A stretch of DNA of 64,000 nt from positions 20,212,001 to 20,276,000 of the forward strand of contig NC_043004.1 of assembly GCF_006345805.1 (NCBI RefSeq), written 5' to 3'. The DNA comes from Octopus sinensis. Taxonomy: Eukaryota. Positions 51,957 through 64,000 of this stretch are shown one piece after another (positions within the stretch are counted from its first letter, which is position 1; every line of letters begins with the position of its first letter). A program made the position numbers and the translations under genes. The notes beneath the pieces were generated by a model. The model was not told the DNA's origin. It ran no database searches and saw nothing but the letters and a program-made list of their open reading frames with translations.

Positions 51957-52812
51957 CGAGGTTGAATCAATAAGTATCCGAACTGGTGTTATAGTAACAA
52001 AGTTAAAGTACGCAGAGTAAAGCCACTTGACCACGACTGACCTTGAACTTTGCTGTGAATGCGCAGCAAGTTTTAACATTCTAGCTTACGTCCGCTGTTT
52101 ACATCAGTGCTTGGAAGGAAGGTGCGTAGCGTATGATCGTTGCATTGACCATATCAGCGAAAGTTGCCATGGCGATACCTACGCAAAATTTCAGGAAGTG
52201 TATAGTGATGAGTGTATGTGCCGCAAACAAGTGTGCGAGTGGTTCTAACGTTCCCAAGATAGCCGAAAAAATGTCGATATAGACGAAAGTTCTGGGAGAC
52301 CTGGAACCAGCAGAGTTGAAAATAACATCGCATATGTGCGTGCAGCTGTGGGGGAAAATCGTCGAATCCCCATCCGTGAGTTGTCAGAGAATGTGCAGAT
52401 TAGTTACAGTTCAGTTTATAATCACTCAAGATTTGGGTGCCAAAACTGCTTTCAGCTGACCAAGAAGATATTCAGATTTCAGTTACATACGATCACCTTG
52501 ATTGTGTCGAGAATGACGAACAATTTTTGAAAACGTTGCGTAGGCCTCCGAGCATGTATCGCCAAGCTTTTGGCAAAATTCGATGCAGATTTTCTGTTCA
52601 ACTTTCTCTGTCGTGGTCAATGCGACGATCACATGCTACACACCTTCATTCCAAGCACTGCTGTAAACAGAATAAGTGAGCTTGAACGTTAAAACTTGGT
52701 GTGCATGCCCAAGAGAGTTCAAGGTCAGTCAATCTGTGCAAGTCTGATGTACTCTGAGTGCTTTAGCTTCGTTACTATCACAAGAGTTCAGATACTTATT
52801 GATCAGATCACG
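51957..52812. mobile_element. Mariner derivative made of two inverted 5' ends
   Basis: Both ends read CG(A/T)G....ATCAATAAGTATC.GAACT. The left arm encodes the HTH region (VCEWF...SGRP...RRIPIRELS). The right arm (52812-52536, minus) encodes TEKVEQKICIEFCQKLGDTCSEAY. Confidence 0.88.
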
Positions 52813-53349
52813 AATATGTATATAAACATATACGTGTGTAGATATAAATTCTCTTGGGTTCTATATATATATACCACCATATGCAGATAGCTACTTGTAA
52901 TGAGTGTAATGACCCAAATTGCAGACTTTTACCCAGTCATCTACCTTCCCCTCTTCCTCACAGGTTCTTCATCAATTGACTTGTGGCTAATCTTATGAAT
53001 ATGTTATTACAATAAAGTGTACGGCGGGTAATAAGAGTAATAAGAATTGGGGATATGCGTGTATGTATGTATGTATGTATGTATGTATGTATGTATGTAT
53101 GTATGTATGTATGCATGCATGCATACATACACACATAAATACATTCATAGTTTTTCCATGGGGCTGGCCAGATTGGAGCAATCTCAAGATTAATCAGCTG
53201 AAATTGCGAGGATAATCTGGTGCTTGACTGAGGATAGAAGGCTTCGAATGACCCGTCCTTGTTTTCTTTGTATCGTCTATCTGGATATTTTGTTGTCACT
53301 TTTTGTATCACCTGGCTGACCGAATGTTTTGCGTTCTTGTCCCATTTTG

Positions 53350-53417
<68 letters not shown>

Positions 53418-53419
53418 GC

Positions 53420-54930
53420 TTCCCCTCGTTATCGAGTATGGCCATTGCGCGAAACTTAATCAATGTTGTTATCGTGCAATGCCTATGCAAGAAGGTTTTT
53501 TTAAAGTGAGGAAAGGCTATGCACTGAGTCAATCCCACTCACTAAGCAACAGAATGTCCAGAAGTACTGTTCCCAGGCGAGATTTTTCGCTGCAATTGAC
53601 TTCTCTGTTTAGGTGGTTTGCAATCTTTGTACATCTATTAAAACCTTTCCTCTCTCTGGGAATTGTACAGTGACCTTTATAGCATATTCCTTGCATTACG
53701 GACATGAATTCTTTGAGTTTCATGTCGATGTCAGGTGTAGAGAGACACTGGGGTCAATCCTGTTTGATGAACTCTTTCTCAATTGATTTCCAATATGATT
53801 TATGATAGTTCAGATTGAATAGATTTCGATTGGATGCTTTTCATTGGCTGAATGTCTGTGGGTCACTTTACTCCACACATGGTCAGCTCTATTATATTGT
53901 GATCAGAGACTAGAGTCAGTGTTACTTTCACACTGTGGATGAGATCTGTCTCTGAAATAGAGATCAAGTATATTGTTTGTTCTGTTTGGTTGAGGTTCTA
54001 CTTGCTCCATCTAAGAGTACAACGTGTTGGTGATGTTGAGCAGGGATTCCACCTGTCTTTGTTCACACAGCGTCAATCCTGAGAGAAATATGCTTTCGTG
54101 TCATCCTACGTTGAGAAAGATGAAGTCTCCCATGAAAAGTTTACTGATGTCTTGTTCTAATTTGTTTAGGACTTCTATTTTTGCAAGGCAGTCTTTAAAT
54201 AGGCCCGTGTAATTTGCAGTATTTGATGGGCAATAAGTAAAGCAATAAGTATAACTATATCGAGTTATACTATTAGTGTGTCACACATCGAGTTTGCGTA
54301 TGGCGAAAAGGACCTGGGATGTGAGACCTTCACGGATGTACATTGCAACTCTACCCCGACTCTTATCTTTTATGTCACTTTGTAATATAACATACTTTGG
54401 TACGTGTACTTCTGCATCTGCGATGCCGGATTTTGGGTGCGTTTTAGTGAATGCTACGCATAAGGTTCAATTGCATGTCACAATTTCTCTCAGGAAGGTG
54501 ATTTTAGTTCTGTCACTGGGTTGTAACAGTCTTCTAATGTTTAAAAAGAATATTGAGGTGGCATCTTTTCTAATGCCAGTGATGGACACTATGGGTGAGT
54601 TCATTGGCTGTGGTGGTCTTGTATGTTGGTGAGGATGATAGCCACTCTGAAATTGATGTATACATTCTTTTGTGCAATGCATATAAAAATTTGTTACTCA
54701 GCTACAGCCCTTATAACGGTATCTGGATAGAGTTGACTGTAGGAAGTACTGCGCAGTACATTCGTGTTGGTGCAGGTGATGTGTGACTCTTTCCCCTAGG
54801 GCTTTCTCTTTATCCTTTGGTCCCTTTGGCAGTAAGTTTTCTCCTTCCTCATCCAGCTTTGGCATAGTTCTCGGTATGAGGAATTGATAGCTCTCTGACC
54901 GGGCATAAAAAGCACCCAAGCACCCTTCTC
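53420..54930 (-). mobile_element. CR1/Jockey-group LINE, AP-endonuclease and linker region, decayed
   Basis: Minus strand NIRRL, IADAEVHVPKYVIL, SRGRVAMYI, MGDFIF and NNILDLYF. Confidence 0.82.
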
Positions 54931-54955
54931 TCTCTCTCTCTCTCTCTTATATATA

Positions 54956-55000
<45 letters not shown>

Positions 55001-55003
<3 letters not shown>

Positions 55004-55160
55004 GAGGAATTCAAGAAAAAAAAAGAAAAGACGAAGACAGGTGGTGTAGAAAACAAACAGATATATTAGTATAACGCTCGGGAATAGAAAATGTCTCTAA
55101 CGTTTCGAGCCTACGCTCATCCACAGAAAGGAACACAGAAAGAAACAAGGGGAAAAAGCC
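55001..55160 (-). mobile_element. Family H1 short repeat with an A6U hammerhead-like motif
   Basis: Minus strand CCTTT CTGTGGA T GAG CGTAGG CTC GAAA C GT T AGAGAC at 55131-55093; 3' end abuts (TA)n. Confidence 0.78.
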
Positions 55161-55789
55161 TTGCTTTTCATACATTCAGGATTGATAAATTAAATATCAG
55201 CTTTGTGTGCTACAACGCTCTTTGTTTTTAGCTTTCAGACACCACTGGACTGAGTCTCTGTCTGTTTACCAGTACCTGAAGCTATTAACGAAAGCATGAT
55301 ATACCAAATCATCCTCGATTTAACCATACAGCACACAGTCACGAGCATTTTCTGATACATAGAGTTAAGTATTACATCTCAAATGAACAATCAACCGACA
55401 AACTTGCTGACGAATTTCATTTTTATTGGGCAATCAGTCAGAATTTATTCAATAATCTCTCTCATTTCTACCAAATTAGTACAAAGGATTATCAAATAAA
55501 TTCACCATTAAACATTATGCAGTGTCTGATTATCTGGCTAGCTATTTAGCATAAGTTATCCTATGTTAATTCCAAGTATGGATGAGAGATAATTTTACTG
55601 CAAAATTACGAAGTTGCTAAATAGCATTAAGCATTATATTCGCAAACTAAAATAGGACAAGTGGAATTCGACAAGGTGTCCAGCTTGAAAAGAAAACGTA
55701 TTATATCATATATTACAGAATATTTACAACACTATATACATCCAGTGTCTTGTTGTGTTGCTTCGGTTTTTTTTAATGCCAAAAAGGAT

Positions 55790-56203
55790 TTTCTTTACCT
55801 GTTCCAGTCATTTGACTGTGGCCATGCTGGGGCGCCGTCTTGAAGGGATTTAGTCGTACAAATCGAACTCAGGATATTTTTAAAGCCTAGTACTTATTTT
55901 ACCGGTCTCTTTTGCCGAACAGTTTGGTTATGGGGATATAAACACACCAACACAGGTTGTCAAGTCGTAGTGGGAGACAAACACAAACCCTCATAGATAC
56001 ACACACACACATACACACGCACACGAACGCATACACACATATTTATATACGACGGGCTTCTTTCAGTTTACGTCTAGCAAATCCCACTCACAAGGCTTTT
56101 GTCAGACCGATTCTTTGGTAAAAGACACTTGTCTTAAGGTGCCACACAACGGGACTGAACCCGGAACCATGTGGCTGGTAATCAAGCTTCTTGCCACGCA
56201 GTC
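55790..56203 (-). mobile_element. SINE family S1
   Basis: Homology to 31683-32116; a further 5'-truncated plus-strand copy lies at about 56455-56705. Confidence 0.85.
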
Positions 56204-56341
56204 TATAATTGTATAACATTCTTGAATTATTGTCACCTTAGTTTTGTGTTCTATCACAGAAGAGTTAGCCTTCATGCTTTCTTTCTCTAGAATATGCCAG
56301 TTTTTGTTAGAATACTGGAATGTTAGTGATTTTTGTCTTAC

Positions 56342-56452
56342 CACTACTTCGGTCGAGTAGAGTATGTTTCTCTGAAGAGGTCTTATAAGCCTGAAATATA
56401 TTCAGAGAAGTCTGTTTTTCTTGCAGAAATAATGTTGATATTTTCTCTTCAC
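56342..56452 (-). CDS. Candidate coding exon (111 nt, phase 1-1), unidentified protein
   Basis: TTTCTTTCAGTTTCTCAG acceptor, GTAAGA donor, one open frame GEEKISTLFLQEKQTSLNIFQAYKTSSEKHTLLDRSS; no recognised homology. Confidence 0.22.
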
Positions 56453-58029
56453 CTGAGAAACTGAAAGAAACCCATAGTGTATATGTATATATAAGTGCGC
56501 GTGCGTGTATGTGTGTGTGTGCGCGCATTCGCGCGTGCGTGTGTGCGTATATGTGACCAACATTTGACAACCGTTGTTGGTGTGCTTCGTTCTCGTAACT
56601 TAGCGGTTTGGTAACAGAAACCAATAGAATAAGTAAAAGGCTTTTAAAAATTATTCCTTCGGCTAAAATCTTTCAAGGCGGTTCCCAGCATGACTGCAGT
56701 TTAGCGATTAGATTATAAAAACTTAAAATTCTGTTGATTGGAATTGTTGCTTCTGTTTTTATTATTACACATATGTCAGTCTTGGTCGAGCAGACGAATA
56801 TTAAAAAAATGTTCACCTATAAATATCCTGTAGTTTTTATACAACTACGACTACATTGTCCAGTGTATCTTTGCATATATTTCAAGATGGTAAGTTTTGA
56901 TGTGACGGATATTTAGCTGTCATTTCTAGCAAGTCAATCAAACGCTTACAGGATCCAGTTTATGGCTCTGTATGTAGGAAAAGTATGTCACAAAGTGAGT
57001 TCTGTGTGTCTTTATACATAGGACCTAGTTGAGGCATGTTTGAGAAAAGATTTTATTATATTTTGGAGGGGATATGAAATAAAGATGATTAGAGCAGGAA
57101 AGACGGCTTTTTAGAATGGCATACGAAATGGAAAATCTTTATTACCAAGAAGTGGTACAGAAAACCTACAATTCATCTGTATTTGTAGCGTATCTGAATC
57201 TAAACTGGTTAGTTGGTATAAAATATTTGCATTGAAGGTGTATGTGTGTAACTTTACCTTTGTTCCACTTATGTACATTATGAATCTAATGTAGGTTGCA
57301 ATTCAGCTTTGTAGAAGGTCAACAATTACTAAGAACTGAAGCATTTTCTGACTCTGAGGAGGCAGACTAGCCTTTGGGAAGCAGTTTTACAATGTTATAA
57401 ATGTATTAACGTAATAAGTTTATAATTTCCTCTGGCAGTTAACATTACAAATTGTTCATGTCGCTCACTTGAAATAACGCGTTAATCGAGAAGGAAATAG
57501 AGATAAAATAAAATGGCAACAAAAATTCACAAAAAAGCATAATAGCTATTTGTCTTTCAGGGCGACCTCTTGTGGTGGAAATTGGGCAACCAACCAATCA
57601 ATAAATCTATATTCTAATTAGTTCGAATGAGAAATAGAACGGACGAGATCGATATATCATTCAATAAGTGAACTTGTGCTAAAGAAGCTAATATGGCCTA
57701 AATAATAAATGAGATGCAACAGTTAATCAGGCAACGGTAGATATAGAGGCTGGTGCAGTTAGAAAATCTCTCTGCAACTACACGGTTCCTGGTTTAATCC
57801 CACTGCGTAGAAATTCGAAAAAAATTATTTATAAATATTTTATTTATAACATGATTTTTCGAGTAAATTGTATGTAGAATACTTTAAAATCAAATTTATA
57901 GTTTGACTTAAGGAGTAATTTCAAAAGAAATTCGTGATAAGGAAGATCTTTTTTTTCTTTTGGAATAAGAGAAATGACTGTATTGAGCTCCGGATAAAAT
58001 TTAGTGAACATAGAGTTTAAAACACTGTG

Positions 58030-58880
58030 CAATAGACAAGGAGAAGAGGACTGAAGTAACCAGTCAAATTAAGGATGAAGAGGCAGAAGCCACTATATGG
58101 AGCTTGTACAATGTAGTCAGCAAGGACAGTGTGCAGCCTGGGAGGAGTTTATGGGTAGGCAAAAGTTAGGATGGAAAGATTACTGGTCAGGGAAGCTGGC
58201 CAATATCTGTTTTCTGATTCCTACCATCTATGGCATGCTTCCTAGTCCTGCAAAACAAAAGCTTTCGAAAATAGGATTGAGTGGTCTGCGCAAATACGAA
58301 AGGTCGGAATCATGAGGCACATTCTCTCTAATTACCCATTTGGTCTGATACACTTGGGTGGCATAACAAATTACTGCCTAATGCACTGGCGGAGAGCGTG
58401 AAGTAAATTAACAACGGCGAAAGACCGCGTTTAGTAGTACATAGGAAGAAAGAGTTTTGTAGGGAAGGGGAATGCTGTTAGCCAGCCACCTTATGAGAGA
58501 AAACTGATTCAAAACGGGAAGAGGCTTTGGAGCTCCTCATTAACCCTGACGGTAAATATTAATTCCCGCGTTTTGCTGCCAAACAATACCTTGTCGGTGA
58601 AAGGGAAGAGATAAAGTAAAGGTGGAAGAGGTAACATCAAAGACGCTTTCCTGAGGAAAGACAGTGAGGTGGTTGAACTCAGTGAAAATAATATAAGGGA
58701 GTTAATATGACTTCCGGTAGAGATAGGTGTTAACGCATTTGTTGGAACCAGCGTTCACTCAATGCTCAGGAAGCTTAGACTTATTGCAAAGGAGAGAAAA
58801 CATATTGTCGAAAGCCTCTGGGAAAGTGAGTCGTTACATTTGGTTCAGGAAAGCGGATGAGTGCTACAGCTAGAACGAGC
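58030..58880 (+). mobile_element. Hero-like RLE non-LTR retrotransposon 3' fragment
   Basis: SQQGQCAAWEE...KLGWKD.W...FLI..IYGMLPSPA, HILSN.P...WHNK, PVEIGVNAFVGTSVHSML and YIWFRK resemble the Hero-clade zinc-knuckle/RLE region. Confidence 0.75.
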
Positions 58881-60472
58881 ATTGAGAATGACAGAAACAT
58901 CTAAGTCGGAATCGCAAGATCCGACTCAACAAAGCTTGTGCTGTTATGAGAAAATTTCGTCACCTACATCAATCGGTGGCCCTGGGAAGTTCTGATGACA
59001 TAGAGGAAGGTACTGCTTCACCGGTTGATGAGACATCAATTGCTACATTCGGAGACGGTGTACAGCTACACCATCAGCACCTGAGTGCTTATCCTAAAAT
59101 GTTATCACCATATTGTATTTCTGTGCTTTTATTTCTGGCAAGACCTTTTAAAAGTTTAATCTTCATATGAATGTCACCGTTCTAGTTATTTTCATACATA
59201 ATGCTCTATGTCTGGTATCTTTGGCCCCAATCAATACCAGTTGTGTGTCTTGTGCCATGAATACTTAATTTATTTCTTGCTTAACTAATCTATTTTATTT
59301 CGGTTCCTACACCTTTCAATCTGATCATGCTTGGTGATTCGACTTACTAGACATAGCTAAATAAAGAAGGCCACATTAAATATTATAATAGATTATATTC
59401 TTAAAATCCCTGTTGGTCTTGACTGGAACGGTTTGGGCCATAGTTTTGTTCAAATACGTTTACGTGAGGCTCAGCAACACATCTTTTTAATCTGATGATA
59501 TGTAATTGTGCTATAATTGCCAGTTAGCAATAATAATTTGTAGAAACTTTAGAAAAAAAAGACGTCTTTGGCATTTAAAGTTTACTCTTGTTCTACAACA
59601 ATTTTTCATGAAACAGTAATTTGAAAATAAATACTTGAATTATGTGTTGATGATAACTGTTCTTCATCTATGTATAATATTGCATATTAGATTCACTATC
59701 AGGCTTTGTGAACAGCTTAATCCCCAAACCAATTTCCATCGCTGCTCAGACACTAGAGAGTATATGCATATTCATAAAGTATTGCAATTTATCTGTTGGA
59801 GTTGATTTCATCCACAAACTAAAACTTTAACTTGCAAGGATAACGGTTAAGTTTAGAGTTTTAAAGTAAACAATCTGTAATGAGATTACTTGTAAATATT
59901 AATGAATTCATAAGCATACAACAATAAGCTTTCCAGATATATCAATGAGGCAATAAGTTATACAATGTTTATCTGTCAGTTTTAATTCTCAAGGCACTAT
60001 CTGTCTTCTCAATTTTCTTAAAGACATCTTGGTTATGTCACCTTGAGACAGAATGATTTCTCAACAATCAGTACCTGAATTGAAATATAAGTATTAATAT
60101 TACGAAATTAATTACCAGCCACAGAGAACTTACGCCGTCTTAAATATCTCTCCGAACATCTGACATATTTAGAAGACAGTTGTGACTTACAGGAAGGGTT
60201 AGAGTCTTTACTTTCCGAGGCAAAAGGAACTTGCTGAAATCTTCCAACTCTACTACACGTCTATATCATAAACAAAACTGTATCAGAAAACTGGAATTTT
60301 ACAAAGTCAGAGATTTTCTTAAATGTCAATTATTGTTGAGGTGTAATTGAATTTGATGTATCGCAATGCACTGGTATTTACATGTGGATGGGAGTACTCA
60401 CTATACACACTTATGTATCAGACTGGCTATTCAGATAACAATCAAACATGATCTAGCATCTTATGGTCAAAC

Positions 60473-60605
60473 CTTCACGTTCTAATACACTAAAATTGCT
60501 TCCGCAAATCATTTCTTCCGATATAAGTTCTGCCACAATGAGTTTGTTCGTGTATTTGAATGTATTGTCATTATATAAATTCAAAGATTTCAAAGTTTTC
60601 ACTTC
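60473..60605 (-). CDS. Candidate coding exon (133 nt, phase 0-1), unidentified
   Basis: (TG)n-ATAG acceptor, GTTTGA donor, open frame EVKTLKSLNLYNDNTFKYTNKLIVAELISEEMICGSNFSVLERE; phase-compatible with its neighbours. Confidence 0.2.
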
Positions 60606-61750
60606 CTATCACACACACACACACATTTATAATTCTATATGGAAAGGAAGCATGGACTCTTTACCACGAACATATAAAGAAATTCCTACATGTGCTGTTA
60701 TATGCAACATATGCAACATAAAATGGCAAGATAGGATGTCCCATGTAAAGATCTAAGAAAAATGGTATATCTCTATTATCCAAAGTATGCTGATGAAATT
60801 TCAGTGCAGATGGACGTGCGTGTATGAGCGCGCGCGCGGTTAAAGTGGTATCTGACAAGAAACAAAGGAGCTGTTAAAAGGCGCTTTCTGCAACATTTGT
60901 CCTAAACAAATTAAAACAGATATATATATATATATATATACACGAGTGAGTAGACAAACGAAAAACGGAAGAAGGGCATTCAATAAATTGCTATTGGGAG
61001 TTACACGTATGGATCAAAACGGTTTAATTTAAATTCGTTGGTACCCTTGAGTTTCAACCGTGATGCTAGTTGTTTGTCATTTTGAATTACCGTAGAGTAG
61101 GCTGCGATTGGTCGAGTAAGGTCATACGATGTCGTCGTTTGATGTTGGTATATGCGTAAAAGTTAGCTGGAAAATATTGCATGATGAATAGGAAATAGAC
61201 CATGTGTGTGCGCGCGCACGCATTTCCGGTTATTTCTTTCTGAAAAGAAAGATGTTCAGTTTAGTTGGAGATACGTACTAGCAGCAGATGCCAGCTCTCC
61301 AACAATGAACTAATTAGTTATTGCAGTGTCCATCTAGCTATTTCACTTATACTAAGCCTTCTAATGGAAAAATCAGGTTAGATATCCACAAGGCAGTGAT
61401 ATTTGAAATAATGTTTAATCGGGGAAAACGCGGAGCCCACGACCGTTTGAGGCGGAGGGGTGTCACTTGACTTGTAAAAAGAAGGGAGGAAACCTGGCAC
61501 AAACGATTACAAGGGACCGAGTTCAATTAATGATACCCAAAGGACAGACAGCGCATTAAATAAAGGAGGACACTGCAATAATTTATGACACATAAGTTTG
61601 ATTCGTTTACGGTCTATGTAATATATAAACAGGTAGTTTTCATTTCAGATTCAGCTTTAAAAAATTATGAAACCTCATCAAAACAGTTTGCAATAAACTA
61701 CTTCTATACATTTGGCAATCGAATTTTTTATGCTGCACCTTTCTTCAAAT

Positions 61751-61801
<51 letters not shown>

Positions 61802-62243
61802 TACACATGCACAACCCTTTTCTCTGTTACTCACAGAGATAAGTAACTACGTGACTGAGACTGAAATCAACAGTATTTGTACCAATTCACATACACAAAC
61901 ATATAAGCAAAGGCGCCCACACACGTAAAACTTGTGATTGAGTTATATTGTCATGGTTTCCAACAGAAAAGAGGATAGTTTCGAAACGACAAACTAGTTC
62001 TATCATTCACAAAACTATATACTTCTGTTTCCGAGATTGTACTCCTTCATAATTGTTTCCTAGCACCTAATGAAATATACAAATTTATTATATTTTGGGG
62101 GACAAATGCCCGCAGGCTGTACTAAGAAAAAGGATTAAAATTACAAATGATAAAATATCTATGTTTGTATACATAGAGATACATATACGCAAATATACAT
62201 ACGCACGCACAGACACACACACATATATATATATATAAATAAT

Positions 62244-62303
<60 letters not shown>

Positions 62304-62452
62304 ATGTATATATATATATAATAGTGTACATTTAAACATAAAGAGAAATTACCTATAGCAGGCAATTTCTACACGCTAGGAGACAGTCAAAGTGACTGAA
62401 AACCTCAAAATTTAAGCAATTTCAAAGGGAATGAAAAAATAAGAACTTTTAC

Positions 62453-62632
62453 CTTGTTTTTACGGTTATACATATAGGTTGCGGATTTTTTTAGTAAAGG
62501 AGATAATTTACTAGGCAAATACTCTTCAGTAACCGAGCCATCTAAGACTATAAATATGAGACCAATAGTACGTGTCACATCATTATATGTTATAATGTTT
62601 TCAAAATCCATACGTCCTTGGAATTTTTTCTG
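62453..62632 (-). CDS. Candidate coding exon (180 nt, phase 0-0), unidentified
   Basis: TAACAG/CAG tandem acceptor, AAG|GTAAAA donor, open frame [60 protein letters not shown] in non-repeat DNA. Confidence 0.28.
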
Positions 62633-62661
62633 CTGTTACTGCTTTTCAAAAAGGATTTAAC

Positions 62662-62692
<31 letters not shown>

Positions 62693-62755
62693 CAAAATAT
62701 ATGCATACATACATACATATATTTACGTACCTACATCTACATGTATATATATATG

Positions 62756-62807
<52 letters not shown>

Positions 62808-62810
<3 letters not shown>

Positions 62811-63260
62811 TACAGGGCACCACAAATAAACGTAGAACACAACGAGAAACGAAAACAAAAACAACGAAAAAACAGAGTACAAGACAAACAATACAAGGAA
62901 TATTCCCCTTCATCAGCTGTCCCTGGTTCGACTCAATGCGTGTTTCGAAGGTAAGGACAGAACACGATCCGGTCGAAGCAGACCTTCCTGCAAAATGAAT
63001 TAAATAAAATTCTTTTGCAGAGGGGTAAAACAAGGAAAGAAAAAAAGTGACAAGAACAGGACGTAAAAGCAATACAAATAAAAATACAGTACACATAAAG
63101 AATAAAAACAGGACAATGAAACCAACGGAAGGCTTTCTTAGGCCTAGACGATGGAAAAATTCGGAGCGCAAATTAGAATCGACTTTCAAGAGACAGAAAA
63201 AGTCGATGATGACTTGTAGAAAGCTGCGAGCAAAAGGAAGCTAGTAGTCCACTCAGCAGT
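62808..63260 (-). mobile_element. TA-anchored interspersed repeat (family H5); short second copy at 63597-63690
   Basis: Homologous to 17745-18085; minus strand CTGATGA-AGGGG-AATATT-CCTT; both copies start directly after (TA)n. Confidence 0.65.
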
Positions 63261-63545
63261 GAGAGAGATGAGGAGGAGTGAGAGAGAGAGAGGGAGAGAG
63301 AGAGAGGAAAGGAAACCAGAAAGGGTGAAAAATAAGAAGGAGAGAGACAGGCAGAGAGGAAGACAGACAGGAAAGAAGGAAGGTCAAGTAAAGGGTTAAA
63401 GAGTTCGCGTCATAATTAATATATAAAAACTTACTTGGAGGAAAGAAACGAAACGACGCGATGGTGCTCAGTCATATAATAACAATTAAATAAATAAAAT
63501 ATATGCATACATACATACATATATGTACGTGCATGTATATATACA

Positions 63546-63586
<41 letters not shown>

Positions 63587-63690
63587 TATATATATATGAG
63601 TACAGGACACCACAGATAAACGTAGAACGCAACGACGTAGAACACGTCCTCGCGTTGTTGTGTTTTTTTTTTGTTTTCTTGTTAGGATTA

Positions 63691-63733
<43 letters not shown>

Positions 63734-63781
63734 TTGAATTTGAATGAGAGAAGTTGATTGCGATTGGTCGACAAAGTTCAC

Positions 63782-63838
<57 letters not shown>

Positions 63839-64000
63839 ATATATATATATATATACATATATGTGTGTGTGTGTACGTGTGTATGTATGTATACATATAC
63901 ATGTATACATTGCTATCTCAAGCAAACATGCTCAATGATTCACATTTCAGTTACAGTCTGAGGTTGCTACCCATATTTACACAAATATTAAGACCGTAAT

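Noticed and set aside
61091-61239. Minus-strand open frame between a strong acceptor and GTAATT
   Set aside because: It runs through a (GC)n(AC)n microsatellite; it shows how easily such candidates arise by chance.
61100-61560. Slightly GC-richer patch with GGCGGAGGGG and TGCGATTGGTCGA (13-mer repeated near 63759)
   Set aside because: It could be a promoter or enhancer, but short motifs alone are not evidence and there is no linked gene.

Overview
This is AT-rich, microsatellite-saturated eukaryotic genomic DNA. The SINE families and repeat landscape look like an octopus (coleoid cephalopod) genome; that is an inference from pattern recognition, not a database result. I found no host gene I can identify with confidence. 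Most ORFs in the supplied track are translations of (TA)n, (TG)n or (AAT)n repeats or of decayed transposons. The window is a mosaic of decayed mobile DNA: Penelope-like element (PLE) RT and GIY-YIG remnants, R4/Dong-like and Hero-like RLE LINEs, a Tx1/L1-like LINE, a CR1/Jockey-group LINE, several Tc1/mariner derivatives, three non-autonomous Helitrons and about 15 tRNA-derived SINE copies from three families. The most interesting signal is a set of short (about 140-300 bp) non-coding repeats anchored on (TA)n microsatellites that carry minimal type I hammerhead-ribozyme-like folds with palindromic stem III. These include a four-copy family with a non-canonical CUGU(U/G)GA core (A6U) and a copy with a U3:A8 core. 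Also notable are a 554-bp (AAT)n-anchored structured element that is tandemly duplicated and elsewhere fused to an R4-type endonuclease fragment, head/tail module swapping among SINEs, head-to-tail Helitrons and a mariner made of two inverted 5' ends. All translations, alignments and folds were done by eye, and element boundaries are approximate unless termini are stated.
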